Made by a program: the position numbers and the translations under genes
The notes under the pieces: model-generated
Databases searched by the model: none
What the model was told of the DNA's origin: nothing
Seen by the model: the letters and a program-made list of their open reading frames with translations, nothing else
Origin: Vicugna vicugna
Lineage: Eukaryota
Direction: 5' to 3'
NCBI GenBank assembly: GCA_013265495.1
Contig: MU058781.1
Coordinates: 4,341,050 to 4,405,049 of the forward strand
Length of the DNA: 64,000 nt
In this document: positions 56,676 to 64,000 of the stretch, piece after piece
How the letters are laid out: each line of letters begins with the position of its first letter
How positions within the stretch are numbered: position 1 is the first letter of the stretch

Positions 56676-57996
56676 ATCATTAAATTAATTAAAGTAAGTA
56701 AAGTGTTTGGTGCCATCCCTGGCCCCTGGTGCTAGCAATTATGGGCGTGGTGATCATCATCCAGTTCTTTTGACTGCTAGTCTCTGTGTATTAAATCTTT
56801 AAGAAGAATTCATACTGCTCCCCACCTTCCATGTCCCATGTTTTCTCTAACTCTCAATTATAACACGGACACAAGCTCACCTCCCCACCCCCTCTTTTTT
56901 CTGTCTACCCTAAACAGAGCTTGCAGAGCAATCTTTAAACACACAGCTCCAATCATAAAACTGCTGCCCACCTGCTCTCCCATCTCCCCGCCAGGCTGGA
57001 ACGACAGCCAGGAGGCATTACTCTCCGGCCCTGAGTGTGGGACCCACACCCAGGAGTGAACATCTCCTTAAACGTGTGCCTCCGGGTGCTCCGCTTGCTT
57101 CACCCTAGTCCCCACCCTGCTCCCCCGCCCAGAATAAAAACCCATTCATTGGTTCTGTGTTTGCCAAAATAACTACAGACTTCTCACGGTGGCTGACAGC
57201 ACCCTCGGTTACTGGTCCAAATCTATGCTTTATCCCAAAGTGGACTCCTTGTTCCTCCCAGAACATAAACTCTAAGACAACTTCTCATTGCCTTTGACAA
57301 GGATGCCCTCCCTTTACATTACAAAACCCTGACCATCCTTCAAGCCCGAGGAAGGAAGCCTCTGCTGATTGATCAGGCAGCGGTGACGTCCTTTTCATGG
57401 CATCCCCATTACCCTCATTTGCATGGCTCTTTCAGCACTGGCCTGTCTCAATCCCGCTTTGCAGTTCTGTGCACGTGTTTACATCTCATCCTCTTTCCTA
57501 GTGGTAAGGGGAGCTCTTTCTTAATCATGTTGGTATCTGACATAGCGAATATCCAGAAAAGGGTGAAACATTTAAAAAGCCTACTTTCTAAACGGGCAAG
57601 CAGAAACACAAACAAAGACTTTGAAAGTGATAAATGACAGTATCAACTAGTGAATATTTGCTGAGATGTGTAAATAACCAGCAGAACCTATAATGGGTCC
57701 AGGCAGTTTGCACCAGCCCAGCCTTATGCAGTTCCACGGAGGCTACCTGAGGGACATCCACCTGGCAAACGGGCGCATCCTCTGTGCTAACGACAGATGT
57801 GGGTACTTGCAAGGTACTGAGAGAGAACTGGAACTGGAAGAGGCTAAATAATTGGGCAACCCAGCAGTTAAACAAGCTGGGGGAGAAAAGGGCCAAGCAT
57901 CTAATGAACCCATCAGTCAGCTGCCCTCAAACATTCATTTAGAGCCTGCCTATGACGTACATGACATGGGACTACCCTTAACGAGGAGATGTTTTC

Positions 57997-58399
57997 AAGC
58001 AAACAAACTCACAGAAAAGGAAATCAGATATGTGGTCACCAGAGGCAGGGGTAGAAGCAGGGGAACTGGATGAAGGTGGTCAAAAGGTGCAAATCTCCAG
58101 TTATGAGACAAATCCTTGGGAAATAATGTATAACATGATTAATATAATTCATCCTGCTGTACATTATATATGGAAATTGTTAAGAGAGTAGAGACTTAAG
58201 AGTTCTCACTCATCACAAGGACAAAAAATGTTTTTTCTATGTCTTCAGTTTTGTATTTATGTAAAATGACAGATGTTCACTAAACTTATTATGGTTATCA
58301 TTTCATAATGTATGTCATCAAATCACGATGCTGTACACCTTCAATTTATACAGTTCTTTATGTCAGTTATACCTCAGTAACACAGGATTTCCAAAAAAA
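57997..58399 (+). mobile_element. Laurasiatherian L1 3' end (L1MA9-related) with target-site duplication
   Basis: aaactcacagaaaaggaaatcagatatgtggtcaccagaggc...ggatgaaggtggtcaaaaggt...gttaagagagtaga...gagttctca...gctgtacacctt...gtcagttatacctca; TSD core agatgttttc at 57987-57996 and 58404-58413. Confidence 0.9.
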
Positions 58400-59393
58400 G
58401 AACAGATGTTTTCCTCGCCTTCCAGAATTAACAATCAGCTCCATTTTCTACATCTTCCCTCACCCTTTCAGCTTTTATAATACTAAGACCCATGGGACAC
58501 AGAGTCATTTGTTGGCCCCCAAATTCTTATCTTTACGAGGAGAGAATTTGCCAAGCCTTGCCTGGCCTCCCAGTGGGTTCCACATCCCTATGCATGTCAG
58601 CCCTGGTCCGTCAGCCCCCCGCAGCCTGCCAGGCCCCGGGTTGTCTAAGGTCCCCTAAATGCTCCACTGACACACGACAGAACTCACCACATCAGGACTA
58701 ACCCATCCCCGGAGGAGAAGCAGATGAGAAAACTTTCAGCTGACAAGCTACCCACCAAAGAGGAAAAGCACAAACTGAACACTCCTACGAGAGTCCTCTT
58801 TCTTCCTCACAAGCGACACAAGAAGGAAGGCGCCAGGCAGGATGGGGGCTTGGGGTCCCTTTGTGCACTCCCGTATTAACACAGTCACACTTTGCTATGC
58901 AGATGTCACTTCCAATAAACACCAGGGCTTTCCCGGGCCTGGACTCTAATTGAAGGGATTGTTACTGTTAGTGAATGGCTGGGGAATTAATTAATGCAGA
59001 GCCAACCACTTCATAAATGCCTGCTTTGTGAGCGGTCCCAGCGTCCTGGGGACTGCGACTCCTGTGGTCAGCGCAGCCCCAGGCCTCTGTGTCAGCAAAT
59101 GATATTTATTATCGCCATCAGCCCCTTTCTAAAGCCACCAGGAGAACGAGGCCTCACCTGGAGCCCAGAGGGCACAGCCAGCCACACTCCCTCTTCTCTG
59201 GGGCTGAGCCTGGAGTGTTGGAAAAACTACCCCCAGTCTTTCAGATTTTTTGAGCATGACTTGACTTAGTTTTTGAAGAAAGACATCGTTTATAAGTTGT
59301 AAGTATGGGAACAAGAATGCAAGCAGATAAAAAGCTTTTCTCAACCCACTCTGTTCCTAATTTGGTTACTTGAGGTCTACGCAGGTACAAAAA

Positions 59394-59471
59394 CATACGC
59401 ACACACCCACTCACGCTGGGAAGCACCACACACTCACGCACACACGCACGTGCACACACACGCACACGCAC
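59394..59471 (+). repeat. Degenerate (CA/CG)n simple repeat
   Basis: acatacgcacacacc...cacacactcacgcacacacgcacgtgcacacacacgcacacgcac. Confidence 0.8.
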
Positions 59472-59809
59472 GGAGTTTCTCTGATCTGCATCACTCCCAA
59501 TCTTCACCGAATTTAAAAATCAGTTCCAGTTTGAATGCAGCAAATGGACTCTTCAGGCCACCTACCTCCTAGGAATATAAGATGGAAAAAGGAAGTAGTG
59601 AGTGAACAGGCAAGCTCTCTGCCTGATACACACCTCACTGAATACACACGGGGTGGGTGGTTTTATTTTTCCCCCAGAAAGCTGGTCCCTGGTTCTGCTG
59701 ACATGGCATGACCAGGCCCCATGTCTGTTTTTGCTGTGGTGGTTTTAGTCTAAACTGCCATGAATGCAGTCTGCAAACTCCCTTTAAAATGAAAAAAAAA
59801 AAAAAGTGT

Positions 59810-59918
59810 CGCGATGCTAACAGTGGTGGAATTGTGGAAGTTTTTTTCTTTATACTTTGTTGTGGTATCTAAGCGTTCTATGGTGAGGGTATATGTTTTA
59901 TATTCGAGGAAAAAAAAA
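59810..59918 (+). mobile_element. L1ME4-type 3' tip
   Basis: atgctaacagtggtggaattgtgg...tttttctttatactt...ttctatggtgagggtatatgttttatattcgaggaaaaaaaaa. Confidence 0.5.
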
Positions 59919-60514
59919 CATGAGGTAAAAACAAACTATTTTCATTTCATAAAATCTCTCCAGATCCTGAGGTTTGCTTTGGCAGCTTTATCTGATTTTT
60001 GTGGAAGTGCTGTTCAGGTCTTCAAAATTAGCCTGGGTCATAAAACAAGGAGACTATGACATTCTCTGAAACTGGATCCTACACCACTGGTTTCTGTCTA
60101 ACTTTAGTGGGAAAGAAGTAACAGCAAATTTACCTTCGGGAACTTTATTCTTCCTTTTCCATGTTCTTAACCCTCTTCCCAAGTCCTTGCCAACCTCACA
60201 GTTCCCATCACTTTCCCTGTTTTCTCTGGGTTTTTCCTTACTGTTACTTTAAACACTCTGACTGACTGCAATTAATGGTTCCACGTTAGCTACAGAATGT
60301 CACCATTTAGCATCTCTAGCCTTTTAAAAGCAGCACACACTCTAGGGAGACTGCTAAATGTGGGCGTGGTTGAAACAACATGCAGTCTGGAAAACAGTCA
60401 CAGGCCCCAGGCTTTTGAAAAGCTATATTCTTTATTCTTACTTAGAAATCATATTTGCCAAACTTATATGTTAAGTACGAATATTAAGTGCCTGATGAAG
60501 GAAAATGAGTAATG

Positions 60515-60660
60515 TTTTGGGGTGCTGCATTTTGGGAACAGATGAGGAAACTGTATCCCAAAGAAGTTAAATAACTTGCTCCAGGTTATTCACTGGTCTA
60601 GGTTGGGCTTGAATAAGAAAAGGTTTCTGATTCCTAGCTTGACTTCTTGTTTCAACACAT
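60515..60660 (-). mobile_element. MIR fragment
   Basis: cattttgggaacagatgaggaaactgtatcccaaagaagttaaataacttgctccagg. Confidence 0.75.
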
Positions 60661-61477
60661 CATCCCCCCACCCACCTAATGTAAGTCCCAGAAAATCAGA
60701 CTACCTCACTGCCAATGGGAAACTTCAGCCTGAACCTCCTAATGTTCTCTCCGCTCCTTCTGGGGAATTCTTGGCAAGTAGGCTAAGAAATGAGGCTGAG
60801 TGAGCAAACACCTCATTTCTGACTCTCCGGAGCCTTCTCTATGATTAGACCATGCTCTGCAGACAGAAGGGAAACACACAAGAAAGGAAAACCTAGGAGG
60901 AAGCAATCGTTCATCATTGCTGCCTTTTCCTTTCCATTCTGATCCATGTAACTGTGATTGATCCCTGGTTATCCACACGCTGTCCAGGACCAAGAGAGAG
61001 AGAGAGGCAGGGCCACAGAGGAGTTTCCCAGTGGAAGTCGACTTCCCAAGCCAGCAGGGTGGATTTCTGGTGGTTTTCTATTAGCCAACAGTTGACTCTG
61101 CCCCCCGCCGTGGTTAGATCTGGGGTCACCGTCCTCCAGGCCCAATGTGGACAGCATCTAGGCCCCCTAGTCATTGAGTACCTATATATTTGCCACACTG
61201 CCCTGCCTGCTCTCACCTAAAACAAAAATAAGATCTTGACCTTGACTTGCCAATGGATAGATACCACATAAAGAATCTCAGTACCAGCCATTTATATATT
61301 TGTTCAGCTGAAACATAGCAAGTGGTTACTGGGCACCAGGCCTTGGGCCAAACACGTGCTATATAAAGAAACCAGACACACAACTCTTGCTCGTGACAAG
61401 CTAATGTGACAATTAGAGAAAAAGGGACAAATGACAGAGAGCCAAGTTAATTTACACCCAGATCGACAAACGCCTCT

Positions 61478-61745
61478 TTTTAAGACTCAGATCAGACATC
61501 GCCCTCTTCCTGGGCATCTGCAGGCAGTAACGTGCTTCTCCTTTTGTGCTCTGATAATATTTGGATTATTCCTTGACTCCAGAATTTCTCATATTGCTCA
61601 AATTATTTCTATGCACATCATTCCTTAGATTGTGAGTGAAAGGGGTAAGGTGGAGGGATGAAAAGAGGAAAATCTTGGAACCCCACAGTATCTGGGACTT
61701 TTCAGATGAATGAATGAATGGGTAAATAGATGAATGAATGAATGA
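61478..61745 (+). mobile_element. L2 3' end with a (GAAT)n tail
   Basis: tttaagactcagatcagacatcgccctcttc...tagattgtgag...gatgaatgaatgaatgggtaaatagatgaatgaatgaatga. Confidence 0.65.
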
Positions 61746-63149
61746 TTTTTCCAAGCTCTCTTGTCCTCTAAATTTCCTTCACCCAAATGTGTGTCCACCA
61801 ATTCAAATAACCAGTAAATTTCCTCATGGCTCCTTAATGTGTGGAGTGTGTTTATTTCCAGTTCATTACACAAACTTGCAGAATTTGGAGAAGTGGAAGC
61901 CTTCTCTCACTCAGCCAAAAGCACGATTTTGTTGTCTTTGTTTGTGTTTCTCCAGGCGCAGAGGGGCACAGCTGAAGTCTGTGTGAGCACGTGTGGGTAG
62001 GGTGTGCATCGGTTCTGCACGTAATCGGGTAGCATCCTCAATAACAGGTGTCCCTCCTGGAGGGCTCAGCGGTGACGGAGGGCATGGAGGGGTGTGCCAG
62101 GAAGATGGGGAGACGTCGCCTGCCAAAACCAATCACATTAAATCTTAATGCTCATTCAGGGCCTGTCACAGGAGGAGAGATCTGATGAACACCCGAATGT
62201 CAGGGTGGTTATAGCGTCTGTTAAATGGCTTGTTAATGTGATTGTTGAGGATTTTACACAGAAATGACACTGGCTACCAGCACAGCAAGGCAGGCCTGGC
62301 TCCAAGCCAGCCTCTACCAAGTACCATCACGACGTCAGGCCAGGTGGACGGGGGTTCTGCAGCTACCTGGTCTAGCCTCCTGCTGGCTCTGTTTTATAAT
62401 CTGACTCTTTTAAGAAAAGGCTAGCAATCTCCCCAGAAAAGATGCCTAAGGTCACAATTTTTGCCTGTTCTTCAGGTGAAATAAAGGTCTGTTACACCAG
62501 AAAGAAGGAGAGCTTGGAAACAATTTGTCCCTCTCATCTCTTTCCATGAAATAAACATGAATAGTTAGGTCAGGTGGTACCACGGTCTGAAGAAAGAAGG
62601 CGGAAAACACTGAAGAGCAGAACACAGTGACCCCTCGATGGGTTCTAGCAGTGTTTTCTCTTTGTTTTCCTGATGAGTCAATGGCACAGATGACGGACAT
62701 CAAAACTAACTGAGCATCAGCTGGGGCAAAGGACCGCTTTCGCTGATTTGGGGAACAAGAAAGGAAGTTACATGAGCCTTATCTACAAGAATTTGACCTG
62801 AAGAGGATGGACAGAGCCAAACAAAACAAAATACAGCTACTGTGCAGATAACTGACTGCAACGAGATGCGGGGTATGAGACAGTAAATGTCCTTAAGATC
62901 CTTTTACAAACCTCACTCATTCGCTTCTCCAACATTCATTCACCGATGCCCACAGTGTGCCCTATTATAATCCTGCAGCCCTTTTCTTAGGAATAAACGT
63001 TCCGTGTTTATTTTATTTTATTTAAATCTATTCTATTCCATTTTTGGATGGGAAGTGTATATATCAGAAAACATTTCATGTTGGTTTGACTATCTCAGTG
63101 AGGAGACCTCTCCACAGGCTGAATCAGTTCCACTCAACAACCAAGTTAG

Positions 63150-63312
63150 CAATCGCAGACTCTTAGGGTCACGGACCCTGAAGGTGATCTAGGCCAACCT
63201 TCTCACAGTGAAGACAAGGAAGTTAAGTTTCTTCTGCAAAGTAACTGAGTCACTGCGTGGCGGGCTGCAGCCATCGGCCAGGTCCCCCGATGGTCAGTCC
63301 TGCACACTTCGC
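63150..63312 (-). mobile_element. MIR3-like fragment
   Basis: gactcttagggtcacggaccctgaaggtgatctaggccaaccttctca...gaagttaagt...cagtcctgcacactt. Confidence 0.55.
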
Positions 63313-64000
63313 CCTCCCTCCGCCAACCTCCCCAGTTGCCTAAAATTCCAATGCCCCAGGTTTGTCTTCAGTGACAAGAAACACAGGCTGCTCTCTCCGA
63401 TCTGGCCCTGGTCTGAGCACAGCTCTGACATGTCCCTGCTGTGTGCCACTCTGGTCTCTGGAGAAGGATGCTGGGCTCTCCAAAGAGCCAACCAGGCCCC
63501 TGCCACCCGTGTGCAGGGTGACCCAGGTAGGGCAGCACAGGACACTCGGGGAACAGACGGGCAAACTGGCCAGCTCTAGTTGCTTGCTCAGGACAACCAA
63601 ACCCTCCCTCTCTGGGTCCTTTTCTTTCAAGCCCTGATAGGGTCAGGGGGATTCTCAGGGCCCTGACTCAGAGAAACGGCAATCCTCCCCACACCCACAC
63701 TCTGTTTCTCACAGGGGCTTCCTCTCTCCTGGTGTGCAAAGCCCTGGAACAGTTTTCTGGTCGGTTTGAGTGCCCGGGGCAGCACGCTCCGGGTCTTAAC
63801 CCGCAACTGCAGTGCCTCTCCAACTCTGTGAACCAGGCTGAAGCTTCTTTCATTCCTCAAGGCCTCTGCCAGCCTCTCGTGACAATCCAATCCCTGTCCC
63901 CAAGACTCTGCCACCAGGAATCCTTCAGCCAGCCTCTCCTCTGCCTCCTCTTCCCCATATAAGCCCAGCTCTGTCTGTTGGTTCTAATGGCTTTTCTTGA

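Noticed and set aside
1..64000. A novel multi-gene system (operon, defence system, endogenous virus coding region, NUMT or processed pseudogene)
   Set aside because: I saw no long or clustered ORFs, no gag/pol/env or mitochondrial similarity and no mRNA-like segment with polyA and TSD. The window behaves as repeat-rich mammalian non-coding DNA. Short exons could still have been missed by eye.

Overview
This is 64 kb of eutherian mammalian non-coding DNA, intergenic or deep intronic. It is most likely from a camelid (alpaca, llama or camel), based on a Vic-1-type tRNA-derived SINE at 20742-20879 and camelid/cetartiodactyl-type L1 3' ends. I cannot support any cellular protein-coding exon, rRNA, functional tRNA or CRISPR array. 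The only ORFs with recognisable protein similarity are broken L1 ORF2 fragments at 48.6-49.3 kb. Much of the window is fossil transposable elements: L1, HAL1, L2, MIR, MaLR/ERVL solo LTRs and hAT DNA transposons. These alternate with repeat-poor, motif-dense blocks that look like distal enhancers. I found no previously undescribed multi-gene system. The best leads are regulatory and evolutionary: two pre-mammalian (amniote-age) element remnants that may be exapted, a MEF2-site cluster, a perfect NRF1 palindrome in a CpG-rich patch, PBX-HOX/MEIS, SOX and homeodomain motif clusters, a near full-length HAL1 with four nested insertions, a young L1 insertion with a perfect target-site duplication, a 46-bp perfect duplication and a 14-bp hairpin. 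Repeat subfamily names come from my memory of consensus sequences, most repeat boundaries are approximate, and all should be confirmed with RepeatMasker/Dfam.
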